Shown: positions 1-9,549 of the stretch, one piece after another
Layout: each line of letters begins with the position of its first letter
Position numbering within the stretch: position 1 is the stretch's first letter
Position numbers and translations under genes: made by a program
Assembly: GCA_035708105.1 (NCBI GenBank)
Contig: DASSTG010000007.1
Coordinates: 31,838 to 95,837, forward strand
Length of the DNA: 64,000 nucleotides
Direction of reading: 5' to 3'
Source: Solirubrobacterales bacterium
Lineage (GTDB): Bacteria > Actinomycetota > Thermoleophilia > Solirubrobacterales > 70-9
The notes under the pieces: model-generated
Seen by the model: the letters and a program-made list of their open reading frames with translations, nothing else
What the model was told of the DNA's origin: nothing
Databases searched by the model: none

Positions 1-272
1 CCGGGCTCGAGCAGAGACTTGCCGAGGGGGGCTTCTACAAGCCCGAGAAGCGGCCGTTTTGGCCGCACGTGACCGTGGCTCGGGTCCGTCCCGAGGCGCG
101 GGGATCGAGGCGGCCGGCGGTCGTCTCGGAGCTCCCGGGGCCGGTCCCCGAGGAGCTCACGGAGCCCCGGATTGCCGTCCGGATGACGCTCTACCGTTCT
201 GTCCTTCAGCCGACTGGTGCGCAATACGTTCCGTTGGCCCAAGTCCAGCTGCCCGGAGGCGGGTGGCAGTGA
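1..272 (+). CDS. thpR: RNA 2',3'-cyclic phosphodiesterase (2H phosphoesterase, ThpR/LigT family), C-terminal part; 5' end lies outside the window
   Basis: Frame 3 reads ...KRPFWPHVTVARV... (second H-x-T-x motif of the 2H family) and ends ...MTLYRSVLQPTGAQYVPLAQV..., a typical ThpR C-terminus. Stop TGA at 270-272. Confidence 0.7.
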   Translation, partial: GLEQRLAEGGFYKPEKRPFWPHVTVARVRPEARGSRRPAVVSELPGPVPEELTEPRIAVRMTLYRSVLQPTGAQYVPLAQVQLPGGGWQ

Positions 273-283
273 GGTGAATCGAG

Positions 284-1372
284 ATGCCAGATAGAAAAGT
301 GAGCTTGAACGACGTCTCCGCAAAGGAGGCAAAGGCAAAGGACGCCGCCCTGCAGAACACCGTCAGCGGCATCAGGAAAGAGTTCGGCGAGGGAGCCCTG
401 ATGCGCTTGGGCGACAAGGGCACGGTCAAGGTGGAGGCGATCCCGACCGGCTCGCTGGCCCTGGATTTGGCGCTGGGCATCGGTGGCGTCCCCCGCGGCC
501 GCATCGTCGAGATCTTCGGCCCGGAGTCGTCCGGCAAGACGACCCTCGTCAACCACATCATCGCCCAGGCGCAGTCGATGGGCGGCGTCTGCGCGTTCAT
601 CGATACCGAGCACGCGATCGACCCGGTTTACTCGCGGGCGATCGGGGTCGACACCGACGAGCTGCTCGTCTCCCAGCCCGACTACGGCGAGCAGGCGTTG
701 CAGATCGCCGATCGGTTGATCGCCTCCGGTGCGGTCGACGTGGTGGCGATCGACTCGGTCGCCGCCCTGACCCCGAAGGCCGAGCTGGACGGCCAGATCG
801 GTGACACCACCGTAGGCCTGCAGGCGCGGCTGATGTCGCAGGCGATGCGCAAATTGGCGGGCAACCTGAACCGGACGAACACCGTCTGCCTCTTCACCAA
901 CCAGATCCGTGAAAAGGTCGGCGTCCAGTTCGGCTCCCCGGAGACCCAGCCCGGTGGCCGGGCCCTCAAGTTCTACGCCTCGCAGCGGCTCGACATCCGC
1001 CGGATCGAGACCCTGAAGGAGGGGGCCGAGGCGGTGGGCAACCGGGTCCGGGTCAAAGTCGTCAAGAACAAGGTCGCGGCTCCCTTCCGCCAGGCTGAAT
1101 TCGACATCGAGTACGGAGTCGGGATATCCCGCGAGGGCGGCCTGCTCGACTTCGGGATGGAGCAGGACCTGGTGCAGAAATCGGGCTCCTTCTTCTCCTA
1201 CGGCGAGACCAGGCTGGGCCAGGGCCGCAACAACGCCAAACAGTTCCTGCTCGACAACCCGGAGCTGGCGCTGGAGATCGAAACCAAGGTGCGGGCAGCG
1301 CTGGGGATCGACGGCGAGGCTCCGCCGGCTTCCAAGGACGAGGTCGTCGCCCCGGAGGCTCAGGCCGCCTGA
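284..1372 (+). CDS. recA: Recombinase RecA
   Basis: 362-aa ORF with Walker [10 protein letters not shown] and RecA blocks [38 protein letters not shown] and [20 protein letters not shown] lies upstream of the ATG. Confidence 0.98.
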   Translation: MPDRKVSLNDVSAKEAKAKDAALQNTVSGIRKEFGEGALMRLGDKGTVKVEAIPTGSLALDLALGIGGVPRGRIVEIFGPESSGKTTLVNHIIAQAQSMGGVCAFIDTEHAIDPVYSRAIGVDTDELLVSQPDYGEQALQIADRLIASGAVDVVAIDSVAALTPKAELDGQIGDTTVGLQARLMSQAMRKLAGNLNRTNTVCLFTNQIREKVGVQFGSPETQPGGRALKFYASQRLDIRRIETLKEGAEAVGNRVRVKVVKNKVAAPFRQAEFDIEYGVGISREGGLLDFGMEQDLVQKSGSFFSYGETRLGQGRNNAKQFLLDNPELALEIETKVRAALGIDGEAPPASKDEVVAPEAQAA

Positions 1373-1423
1373 GCGGCCGGCGGCCGGTTCTGCGTCCGTA
1401 GTCGATAGGGTTCCGGCCGCCTG

Positions 1424-2044
1424 ATGAGCAACGAAACGCTTTTCTACATCTGCGGATGCGTCCTCGCCGTCTCGGCGGTCACGGTCAGCATCGTCGGCCT
1501 CAAATTCAAGGACTTCCCCGGCAAGCTGCTGCCGCTGGTGGTCCTCTGGTTCGCGATCTTCGTCGGCGGCGCAACGACTTTCGCCGTCCTCCACGCCCAG
1601 GATGAGGAACAGGCCAAGGCCGCCGAGCTGAAGCAAGCCGGCGAAGAAATCGAAAAAGGTCAGACGTCGGCCCCCTACGAAAACGAAGGCGCAGAAGGCA
1701 CCGGCGAAACCGAACCCGGGGAAGAACCATCCGGCAAGGGCGGCGAAGCGGCGGGCGCGGGCACGACGCTGCAGCTCGAAGCGAGCGAAACCGCGCTCGA
1801 ATATGACACGACCCAGCTGAGCGCGAAAGCCGGCAACGTCACGATCGACTTCAAGAACCCCTCGGCGATCGCCCACAACGTGGTGATCGAAGACTCCAGC
1901 GGCAAGGAACTGGCGAGCTTCGAACCGATCGCCAACGGCGAAGAATCGGAGACCGCCGAACTGAAGCCCGGCACCTACACCTTCTTCTGCTCCGTGCCCG
2001 GCCATCGGGAGGCAGGCATGGAAGGAACCTTGACGGTCAAGTAG
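1424..2044 (+). CDS. Membrane-anchored blue-copper (azurin/auracyanin-like cupredoxin) protein
   Basis: Two N-terminal hydrophobic helices, an acidic linker, then a C-terminal cupredoxin domain. Type-1 Cu ligands are present: AHNVV ... FFCSVPGHREAGMEGTLTV (C-x4-H-x4-M). Confidence 0.8.
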   Translation: MSNETLFYICGCVLAVSAVTVSIVGLKFKDFPGKLLPLVVLWFAIFVGGATTFAVLHAQDEEQAKAAELKQAGEEIEKGQTSAPYENEGAEGTGETEPGEEPSGKGGEAAGAGTTLQLEASETALEYDTTQLSAKAGNVTIDFKNPSAIAHNVVIEDSSGKELASFEPIANGEESETAELKPGTYTFFCSVPGHREAGMEGTLTVK

Positions 2045-2152
2045 CGGCGACTAGACCGGCGCATTTCGGCGTCCTCGGTCGCTCGCGTGCGGAGCACGCC
2101 ACGCTCCCTGCGTCCTTGAACTGCTTGGTCTATCCGCCGCTAACCTGCTGGC

Positions 2153-3478
2153 ATGACGAAGAAGTTCCACGTCACCACCTTCGGGTGCCAGATGAACGTG
2201 CACGACTCCGAGCGGATGCGGGGGATGCTGGCCTCGCTCGGCTACGAGGAGGTTCCGAGCCGGGAAGAGGCGGACCTGATCCTCTTCAACACCTGCTCGA
2301 TCCGCGAGTCGGCCGACAGCCGTTTCATCGCCCACCTCGGCCAGGCCAAGCGGCTGAAGGGCGAAGACTCCGAGCGGGTGGTGGGAGTCGGCGGCTGCTG
2401 GGCACAGTCGGTCAAGGAGGAGGTTTTCGATCGCTTTCCCTTCGTCGACGTCGCCTTCGGACCGGGGCAGATCCACAAGCTGGCCGAGTTCCTCAACAGC
2501 GACTCGCTGACCGCCCAGGGCTACTTCGAGTTCGAGGATTTCTCCGGTCACCTGCCGACCCGCCGCGAGCGCGAATTCCAGGGCTGGCTGCAGGTCTCGC
2601 AGGGTTGCAACTGCGTCTGCTCCTACTGCATCGTCCCCTCAACCCGGGGGCGGGAGGTCAGCCGCGATCCCGACGAGCTGGTCGCCGAGGCCGGGGCTCT
2701 CGCCGCTGACGGGGTCGTCGAGGTGACGCTGCTGGGCCAGAACGTCAACAGCTACGGCCGCGACCTGCCGCGCGAGAAGCGAATCGGTTTCGCGGACCTC
2801 CTGCGCCGGGTCGACGCGGTCGAGGGGATCGAGCGGATCCGCTACACGAGCCCGCATCCGAAGGACATGAAGGAGGACGTGATCCGTGCCCACGCCGAGC
2901 TCTCGGCGCTATGCGAGCAGATCCACCTGCCCCTGCAGTCGGGTTCCAGCGCCGTCCTCAAACGTATGCGGCGAACCTACGACCGCCGCCGCTACATGGA
3001 CCGCGTTGCGCTGATCCGCGAGCACGTCCCCGACTGCGCGATCACCACCGACATCATCGTCGGCTTCCCGGGGGAGACCGAGGCGGATTTCGCCGAGACG
3101 CTGGAGGTCGTGGAGGAGGTCGGCTACGACGGCGCCTTCACCTTCGTCTTCTCGCCCCGCCGCGAAACCGAGGCGGCGGCGATGGACGACCAGCTGCCGC
3201 ACCCGGTGAAGGTGGAGCGGATGGAACGCCTGGTCGAGGCGGTGCAGAGGCGGGCGGCCGAGCGGGCCCGGCGCTTCGTCGGGCGGACGCTGGACGTGCT
3301 GGTCGAAGGCACCAGCCGAACCGACGAGACGAAGCTGCGCGGACGGACGCGGCACGGGAAGGCGGTCAACTTCGAAGGGTCCGCCGGCGCCGGCGAGTTC
3401 GTCCCGGTGGAGATCGAAAGCGCCACCTCGCAGACGCTCAGCGGCGTCGTCGCCCGGCCGCTGACGCCGCTGCTCTGA
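2153..3478 (+). CDS. miaB: tRNA-2-methylthio-N6-dimethylallyladenosine synthase (radical SAM methylthiotransferase)
   Basis: 441 aa. N-terminal UPF0004 cysteines (FGCQMN ... NTCSIRE ... GGCWAQ), radical-SAM CNCVCSYCIVP, C-terminal TRAM domain. Confidence 0.95.
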   Translation: MTKKFHVTTFGCQMNVHDSERMRGMLASLGYEEVPSREEADLILFNTCSIRESADSRFIAHLGQAKRLKGEDSERVVGVGGCWAQSVKEEVFDRFPFVDVAFGPGQIHKLAEFLNSDSLTAQGYFEFEDFSGHLPTRREREFQGWLQVSQGCNCVCSYCIVPSTRGREVSRDPDELVAEAGALAADGVVEVTLLGQNVNSYGRDLPREKRIGFADLLRRVDAVEGIERIRYTSPHPKDMKEDVIRAHAELSALCEQIHLPLQSGSSAVLKRMRRTYDRRRYMDRVALIREHVPDCAITTDIIVGFPGETEADFAETLEVVEEVGYDGAFTFVFSPRRETEAAAMDDQLPHPVKVERMERLVEAVQRRAAERARRFVGRTLDVLVEGTSRTDETKLRGRTRHGKAVNFEGSAGAGEFVPVEIESATSQTLSGVVARPLTPLL

Positions 3479-3482
3479 GCTT

Positions 3483-4214
3483 TTGCGGGTCCTCGCGGTC
3501 TTCGGCCCGACCGGAGTCGGCAAGACGGGGGTGGCGATATCCCTGGCCGAGCTGCTGCGCGAGCGAGGGGAGGACCCGGTGGCGGTGAACTGCGACGCCC
3601 TGCAGGTTTACGAGGGGCTGGAGACGCTTACGGGGGCGGCTACGGCGGAGGAGCAGGAGCAGCTGGAGCACCGGCTGCTGGGGTTCGTCCCGATCACCGC
3701 GGACTTCTCCGTCGGCGATTACATGCCGCTTGCGCACGCGGAGATCGACGCGGCACTGGGGGCGGGACGGCGGCCGATCGTGGTCGGGGGGACGGGGCTT
3801 TACTTGCGCGCGGCGCTGGCAGAGCTGTCGCTGCGGAAGGTTCCGCCGGAATCGGAGAGTTCCGAGCTCTGGTCGTCGGTGACCCGCCACCCGACGACGA
3901 TCTTCGGCCTCGAGATGGACCGCGCTCAGCTCTACGAGCGGATCGATGCCCGGGTCGAGGCGATGGTCGCCGCCGGCGCCGCCGAGGAGGCCCGCCGCGC
4001 CGATGCGCTCGGACCCGGCCGCACCGCCAGGAAAGCGCTCGGCTTCGACGAGCTCATGTCGGGCGACCTGGAGACGATGAAGAAGCGCTCCCGCAACTAC
4101 GCCCGCCGCCAGCTCACCTGGATGCGGAAAATCCCCGACCTCGTGTGGATCGACCGCACCGGCCTCAGCGACCGCGAGGTCGCCGCCCGGATCGCAATAG
4201 GCTGCCGCGCGTGA
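3483..4214 (+). CDS. miaA: tRNA dimethylallyltransferase (compact form)
   Basis: TTG start. P-loop GPTGVGKTG, VGGTGLY block and C-terminal NYARRQLTWMR block. At 243 aa it is shorter than typical MiaA. Confidence 0.88.
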   Translation: MRVLAVFGPTGVGKTGVAISLAELLRERGEDPVAVNCDALQVYEGLETLTGAATAEEQEQLEHRLLGFVPITADFSVGDYMPLAHAEIDAALGAGRRPIVVGGTGLYLRAALAELSLRKVPPESESSELWSSVTRHPTTIFGLEMDRAQLYERIDARVEAMVAAGAAEEARRADALGPGRTARKALGFDELMSGDLETMKKRSRNYARRQLTWMRKIPDLVWIDRTGLSDREVAARIAIGCRA

Positions 4215-5059
4215 GGTTCGAGAAGTGGCAGGCGCTGGGCAACGACTACCTGATCCTCGAGCAGGAGCAGCTGCCGTGGCCGCTGACGGAAACGCGGATC
4301 GAGTGGCTCTGCGACCAGCACTTCGGGATCGGCGCCGACGGGGTGCTGCTGCTCTCGAAGAGCGAGAGCCCGGAGCTGGTCGCCGACCTGCGGATCTTCA
4401 ATCCCGACGGCTCCGAGGCGGAGCTGTCGGGCAACGGCGCCCGCGAGGCGATCCTTTACCTGCGGCGTCACGGCTGGACGGAGGAGGACGAGTTCGCGAT
4501 CGGCACCGTCGCCGGGCCGATCCGGCCGACGATCACCGGCGAGCTGACCTGCTCGGTCGACATGGGCCGGGCTTCGACCACCTCGAAGGACTTCCCCGCT
4601 GGGGGGGAGGACGGTCGGGGGGCCCTAGAGGCCGGGGGCCGCACTTGGGAGTTCCAGCACGTCTCGATCGGCAACCCGCAGTGCGCGATCGTCGTCGGCG
4701 AGGAGCTCGACGAGCTCGACCTCGGCGCGATCGGCCCCGACATCGAAGGCCACGAGCTGTTCCCCAACCGCACCAACGTCTCCTTCCTCGAAATCGACGG
4801 CAGCCGGGTCCGCGCCCGGATCTTCGAGCGCGGGGTGGGGGAGACGCTCTCCTCCGGCACCGGCGCCAGCGGCGCCGCCGTCACCGCCTTCCTGCGCGGG
4901 TCCGAAAGCCCGATCACGGTCGAGCTCGAAGGCGGCGAGCTGCGGGTCGAGGTCGGCGAGGGCCTGCGGGTGCGCCTCGACGGCTGGGCCGAGCCGGTCT
5001 TCGCCGGAGAGCTCTCGCCGGAGCTGGTGCAGGCGCTGGCCGAGCTGGACGGCGGGTAA
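4211..5059 (+). CDS. dapF: Diaminopimelate epimerase
   Basis: GTG at 4211 overlaps the miaA stop (GTGA). Motifs FEKWQALGNDYLIL, catalytic Cys-equivalent regions SGNGAREA and SSGTGASGAAV. The longer ORF from 4145 overlaps miaA and is unlikely. Confidence 0.9.
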   Translation: MRFEKWQALGNDYLILEQEQLPWPLTETRIEWLCDQHFGIGADGVLLLSKSESPELVADLRIFNPDGSEAELSGNGAREAILYLRRHGWTEEDEFAIGTVAGPIRPTITGELTCSVDMGRASTTSKDFPAGGEDGRGALEAGGRTWEFQHVSIGNPQCAIVVGEELDELDLGAIGPDIEGHELFPNRTNVSFLEIDGSRVRARIFERGVGETLSSGTGASGAAVTAFLRGSESPITVELEGGELRVEVGEGLRVRLDGWAEPVFAGELSPELVQALAELDGG

Positions 5060-5118
5060 CGCGGTCCGCCGTCGCTGGAGGCGCGGACCATCCCGATCGC
5101 ATAGATTCCCGCCTCGCC

Positions 5119-6288
5119 ATGGGCATCGCCGACCCCTCAAAGCGCTTGGAGGCCATCCCTCCGTACAAGTTCCAGGAACTCGAGCAGCAGATCGCCGAGA
5201 AGCGCGCCGCCGGAATCGACGTGATCAGCCTCGGGATCGGCGACCCGGACCAACCGACCTACCCCCACATCGTCGCGGCGATGCAGGAGGCGGTGGCAAA
5301 TCCCGCCTACCACCGGTACCCGAGCAACCGCGGCCGCGACGAGTTCCGGCGGGGGCTCGCCGAGTTCTACGACCGCCGCTTCGGGGTCGAGATCGACCCG
5401 AAGAACGAGGTGATTCCGGCGATCGGCGCCAAGGAGTGCATCTACAACCTCTGCTTCGCCTTCCTCGACCCCGGCGACGCCGCCCTCGCCTCCGACCCCG
5501 GCTACCCGGTCTACACCGGCGGCCCGCTTCTCGCCGGTGCCGAGGCCGAGCTGCTGCCCCTCGTCCCCGAGCTGGGCTTCGCGCCCGACCTGACCGCGAT
5601 CCCGGCCGACGTCGCCGCCCGTGCGCGGCTGATGTTCATCAACTACCCGAACAACCCCACCGGCGCGGTCGTCCCCGAGGGCTTCTTCGAGGCGGTGGTC
5701 TCGTTCGCCAGGGAGCACCAGATTCTCGTCGTGCACGACAACGCCTACTCGGAGACGACCTACGACGGCTACGTCGCCCCCAGTTTCCTCGCCACGCCCG
5801 GCGCCAAGGAGGTCGGCGTCGAGGTCTTCTCGCTCTCCAAGGGCTACAACATGACCGGCTGGCGCTGCGCCGCGATCCTCGGCAACGCCGAGGCGGTCCA
5901 GGCCTACTGGCGGCTGAAGACCAACATCGACTCGGGCCTTTTCGAGGCGATCCAGATGGCCGGCGTCGCCGCCCTGCAGGGCTCCGAGGAGCCGATGCGG
6001 CGGATGAACGAGACCTACGCCCGCCGCCGCGACCTCGTCGTCGCCGCGCTTACCGCGATCGGCGTCGAGGTAACCGCACCGAAGGGGACGATCTACGTGT
6101 GGGCTCCGGTCCCCGACGGCCACTCCTCCACCTCGTTCTGCGAGACGGTCCTCGAGGAGGCCGCCGTGGTCGTCTCACCCGGCTCGATGTACGGGCCCAG
6201 CGGCGAGGGCTTCTTCCGCATCTCCCTGACCGCCCCCGACGAGCGGATCGAAGAGGCGGTCGAGCGGATGCGCGAGCACCTTGCCTAG
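5119..6288 (+). CDS. dapL: LL-diaminopimelate aminotransferase-like class I PLP aminotransferase
   Basis: Starts at the MGIADPSKRLEAIPPYKF Met inside the 4225-6288 ORF. Blocks ISLGIGDPD, HRYPS, INYPNNPTG and PLP-lysine SLSKGYNMTGWR resemble the direct DapL (DapC_direct) type from memory. Adjacent to dapF. Confidence 0.75.
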   Translation: MGIADPSKRLEAIPPYKFQELEQQIAEKRAAGIDVISLGIGDPDQPTYPHIVAAMQEAVANPAYHRYPSNRGRDEFRRGLAEFYDRRFGVEIDPKNEVIPAIGAKECIYNLCFAFLDPGDAALASDPGYPVYTGGPLLAGAEAELLPLVPELGFAPDLTAIPADVAARARLMFINYPNNPTGAVVPEGFFEAVVSFAREHQILVVHDNAYSETTYDGYVAPSFLATPGAKEVGVEVFSLSKGYNMTGWRCAAILGNAEAVQAYWRLKTNIDSGLFEAIQMAGVAALQGSEEPMRRMNETYARRRDLVVAALTAIGVEVTAPKGTIYVWAPVPDGHSSTSFCETVLEEAAVVVSPGSMYGPSGEGFFRISLTAPDERIEEAVERMREHLA

Positions 6289-7146
6289 TCAGGCCGCTTC
6301 GCGCTCGGCCTTCTTGCGCCAGTAGCGGTCGAGGCCGCTCCACTGGTAGGCGGTCGGGACCGCCTGCAGGAGCTCCTCGACGGTGTCGCCCCCGATCCCT
6401 TCGGCCGCCAGCTCGTCCCGCAGCCGGCCCTCGTAGTCGGCGTCGTACTCCTCCTTCGCCATCCGCCGGGCCGCCTCGGCCTCCTCGCGCAGTTTCGCCC
6501 GCACCCGCTCGAGGTGCCCGGGGACGTCCTCGTCGACCGAGCCGAAGTGGGTGAGGGCGAGGCGCCGGGGCCGCCAGTCGCCGACTATGTCGAGCGACCG
6601 TCCCCAGGTCTCGACGTCGATGTCCGGCGGGGGAGTGGGAGGCACGACCAGTTTCGAAGGCGGGATCCGGCAGGCGGCGACGTCGCCGCAGAACGCGGTG
6701 CCGCTCTCCTCGTGGAAGTAGCAGACGTGGTGGGAGGCGTGGCCGGGGGTGTAGGCGACCCGCATCCCGTGCACGGTCTCGCCGCCGGAGAGGACGCGGA
6801 CGTTGGCCTCGGGCACCGGCAGGATCTCGCCCCAGAGGTAGTTGAGCCTGTCGCCGTAGAGGCGCTCGGCGCTCGCCAGCAGCTTCGAGGGGTTGATCAG
6901 GTGCGGAGCCCCGCGCTCGTGAACGTAGACCTCGAGGTCGGGCCAGCGCCGCACCATCGCCCCGGTCGCCGCCGCGTGGTCGAGGTGGATATGCGTCAGC
7001 AGCACCGCCCGCGGCCGCTCGCCCCCGATCGCCTCCAGCAACGTCCCGAGCGACGACTCCGGCCCCGGATCCACCAGAACCCCGTCAACTTCCCAGCAGC
7101 CAATGACGTGCGGCCGCCCCAGGTGCATGACGTCGATCAATCGCAC
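6289..7146 (-). CDS. MBL-fold metallo-hydrolase
   Basis: THIHLDHAAATG (H-x-H-x-D-H) motif. I chose GTG at 7146, downstream of the upstream gene's stop at 7169. The listed ORF extends to 7224, but that extension overlaps the epimerase. Confidence 0.75.
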   Translation of the reverse strand: MRLIDVMHLGRPHVIGCWEVDGVLVDPGPESSLGTLLEAIGGERPRAVLLTHIHLDHAAATGAMVRRWPDLEVYVHERGAPHLINPSKLLASAERLYGDRLNYLWGEILPVPEANVRVLSGGETVHGMRVAYTPGHASHHVCYFHEESGTAFCGDVAACRIPPSKLVVPPTPPPDIDVETWGRSLDIVGDWRPRRLALTHFGSVDEDVPGHLERVRAKLREEAEAARRMAKEEYDADYEGRLRDELAAEGIGGDTVEELLQAVPTAYQWSGLDRYWRKKAEREAA

Positions 7147-7168
7147 GGCCGCCAGCTTACGGCTCCCC

Positions 7169-8158
7169 TCAGCCAGCGGCCGCAATCCGTCCTTCCTCCG
7201 CAAGCATCGCCCGCAGCCCCTCATCGAGCCCGCGCGGCTCGTACCCGAGCTCGTTCTTGGCCTTGTCGTAACTGGCCCAGAAGGTGACCCCGTCGGCGGA
7301 GCGGATCAGCTCGCGCAGGTTCGGCGGCTGCCCCATCATTTTCCCGACCAGCGGCCCGATCGGGATCATCGCCTTCATCAGCGGCGTCGGGATCGCGCCG
7401 CGCGGCGGCTTGCGGCCGGCGACGTCGGCGACGACGCCGATCGCCTCGCGCATCGTCGTCGCCGGTCCGCTGATCACGTAGGCCTCGCCGATCCTGCCCT
7501 TGTCCAGCGCGAGGAGGATGCCCTCGGCGATGTCCTCGACGTGGGTGAGGCAGATCCCCAGCTCCGGGAACGGCATCAGCGGCATCTTCCCGGAGAGGAA
7601 CTGCTCGAGCAGCTGGCCGACCGCGGAGGTGTCGCCGGGGCCGTAGACGCCGCCCGGCTGGACGATCACGCACGGCAGCCCTTCGCCGATCAACCGCTTC
7701 GCCACCTGGTGTGCCTCCCACTTCGTCTCCTCGTAGGCCGAGGTGAACTCCTGCGCCGGGTGCTCGTAGCTCTCGTCGACGATGCGCCCGTTGGTATTGC
7801 CGAAGACGCCGACGGTGGAAACGTGGACGACCTTCGGGATTTTCGCCGCGAGCGCCGCGCCCAGCACCCGTTCGGTGCCGCCGACGTTGGCCTCGCGCAT
7901 CGCCGCCCGCTCTGATTCCGGGATCCCGACCTCGTAGACCGCGGCGGCGTGGATCACCGCGTCGCAGCCCTCCATGCCCTGGCGGATCGCGGTCTCGTCG
8001 CCGAGATCGCCGCTGACCAGCTCGCAGCCGAGCTGCTCCAGCTTCGCGGTCTTGCCGGGATTGCGGACGAGGCAGACGACATCGTCGCCCCTGTCGCGCA
8101 ATTGGCGCACGGCCGTGCCCCCGATGAAGCCGGTGCCGCCGGTGACGAAGACCTTCAC
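7169..8158 (-). CDS. NAD-dependent epimerase/dehydratase family (extended SDR) protein
   Basis: N-terminal Rossmann motif MKVFVTGGTGFIGG and catalytic YEETK (Y-x3-K). 329 aa. Confidence 0.85.
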   Translation of the reverse strand: MKVFVTGGTGFIGGTAVRQLRDRGDDVVCLVRNPGKTAKLEQLGCELVSGDLGDETAIRQGMEGCDAVIHAAAVYEVGIPESERAAMREANVGGTERVLGAALAAKIPKVVHVSTVGVFGNTNGRIVDESYEHPAQEFTSAYEETKWEAHQVAKRLIGEGLPCVIVQPGGVYGPGDTSAVGQLLEQFLSGKMPLMPFPELGICLTHVEDIAEGILLALDKGRIGEAYVISGPATTMREAIGVVADVAGRKPPRGAIPTPLMKAMIPIGPLVGKMMGQPPNLRELIRSADGVTFWASYDKAKNELGYEPRGLDEGLRAMLAEEGRIAAAG

Positions 8159-8203
8159 AGGACCACCCTATCCGGCCGGGGCCGGCGCTTACAATTGCCC
8201 TGA

Positions 8204-9520
8204 GTGCAAGGTTCGAGAAACGGGAGGACGGCCCAGACCCGCTACGCGGCGTCCTCCAACGGTGCTGGCGTCTCGAACCCGCGGGCACGGCAGCGGGCGA
8301 TGGCGATCGGCATCGTAGACGGGCGCGGCGACGATGATCCGCTGGCCGAGCTGAAGGAGCTGCTGCGGACCGCCGGGGTCGCCACCGCCGGCGAGGCGAC
8401 CCAGCAGCGCCCGCAGCCCGACCCCGACCGCTACTTCGGCCGCGGCCGCCTGCAGGAGCTGAAATCCGAGATCGCCGCCGCCGGCGCCAATCTGGTCGCC
8501 TGCGACGACGAGCTTGCCCCTCGACAGGAGCGCAACCTGGAGGCGGCGCTGGGGGTGCCGGTGGTCGACCGGACCAGCGTCATCCTCGACATCTTCGCCG
8601 ACCACGCCCACTCCGCCGAGGGAAAGCTGCAGGTCGAGCTGGCACAGCTCGAGTACAACATGGCCCGCATGCGGGGCCTCTGGACCCACCTCGAGCGGCT
8701 CGGGGGCGGGATCGGCACCAGGGGCCCGGGCGAGACCCAGATCGAGACCGACCGCCGGCTCGCCCGCGACAGGATCGCCGCCCTGCGGCGCCGGCTGGCC
8801 CGGCTGGAGCGCAACCGCGGCGTCATGCGCGCCCGCCGCGAGCGCTCCTCGCTGCCGCGGGTCGCCCTCGCCGGCTACACCAACGCCGGCAAGTCGACGC
8901 TGCTGAACGCGCTCACCGGCGCCGAGGTCGACGTCCGCGACCGCCTCTTCCACACGCTCGACCCGACCACGAGGACCTTCGAGCTTTCCGGCCGCGACTA
9001 CCTGCTCACCGACACCGTCGGTTTCATCGAGAAGCTGCCCCACCAGCTGGTCGAGGCCTTCAAGGCGACGCTCGAGGAGACCGTCCTGGCCGACCTTGTC
9101 CTCCACGTGGTCGACGCCTCGGCCCCCGAGGAGCGGCGCCTCGCCGACATGCGGGCGGTCGACGAGGTGCTGGAGGAGATCGGCGCCGGCGGTACGCCCC
9201 GCCTGCTGGTCTTCAACAAGGTCGACCTGCTGAGCGGCGAGGGGCGCCGGGAAGGCGAGCTCGACCATCCCGAGGCGGTGCTGATCTCGGCTCAGGAAGG
9301 GGAGGGGCTGGACGACCTGCGCGGGCGGATCGAGGCCGTCTTCGCGGAGACCCTGACCGAGGTCGAGCTGCTGATTCCCTACTCGCAGGGCGGGCGGCTG
9401 CACGAGCTGCACGAGGTCGCCGGCGATCTCGAGCGGACCGATCGTGAGGATGGGGTGCTGGTCACAGCGAAGGTGCCCTCGGCGGAGTTGCACCGCTTCC
9501 GCGACCTGGCTGTGGCTTGA
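8204..9520 (+). CDS. hflX: GTPase HflX
   Basis: HflX N-domain (LAELKELLRTAGV ... FGRGRLQELK). G motifs GYTNAGKSTL, DTVGF and NKVD. GTG at 8204 follows a TACAAT hexamer by 8 nt. An alternative ATG lies at 8300. Confidence 0.9.
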   Translation: MQGSRNGRTAQTRYAASSNGAGVSNPRARQRAMAIGIVDGRGDDDPLAELKELLRTAGVATAGEATQQRPQPDPDRYFGRGRLQELKSEIAAAGANLVACDDELAPRQERNLEAALGVPVVDRTSVILDIFADHAHSAEGKLQVELAQLEYNMARMRGLWTHLERLGGGIGTRGPGETQIETDRRLARDRIAALRRRLARLERNRGVMRARRERSSLPRVALAGYTNAGKSTLLNALTGAEVDVRDRLFHTLDPTTRTFELSGRDYLLTDTVGFIEKLPHQLVEAFKATLEETVLADLVLHVVDASAPEERRLADMRAVDEVLEEIGAGGTPRLLVFNKVDLLSGEGRREGELDHPEAVLISAQEGEGLDDLRGRIEAVFAETLTEVELLIPYSQGGRLHELHEVAGDLERTDREDGVLVTAKVPSAELHRFRDLAVA

Positions 9521-9549
9521 GGGCCTGAGGGGCCGATAGGCTGCCGCCG

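Noticed and set aside
150-283. Looked for a LexA/Cheo box upstream of recA (candidate CGCAATACGTTCC near 218-230).
   Set aside because: Only the right half (GTTC) is present, the left half does not match GAAC, and the sequence lies inside the thpR coding region.
206-2005. 599-aa ORF antisense to recA and the cupredoxin gene. Similar long antisense or off-frame ORFs occur throughout, for example 8189-9493 (-), 10474-12195 (-), 21234-22970 (-), 27004-28077 (-), 37361-39886 (+), 45992-47845 (+), 53257-54927 (+), 59958-61079 (+).
   Set aside because: Their compositions are Arg/Gly/Pro/Asp-rich with no motifs. Each lies opposite or out of frame with a gene that has clear family signatures. Long stop-free antisense frames are expected in DNA this GC-rich.
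2116-2146. A TTGAAC ... TAACCT pair, considered as a full -35/-10 promoter for miaB.
   Set aside because: The spacer is 19 nt, longer than optimal. I keep only the -10-like hexamer as part of the leaderless pattern and do not call a complete promoter.
4225-6288. 687-aa ORF suggesting a large fusion protein upstream of the aminotransferase. The same applies to N-terminal extensions of other ORFs (12875-14665, 14328-16202, 16161-17879, 33138-35135, 35234-36436, 39191-40879, 47072-48193, 50354-51481, 57166-58140, 57888-58796, 59104-61035).
   Set aside because: The extensions overlap the preceding, well-supported gene in another frame and are Arg/Pro-rich. Internal starts give proteins that begin at the family-typical N-terminus and create ATGA/GTGA junctions with the upstream stop.
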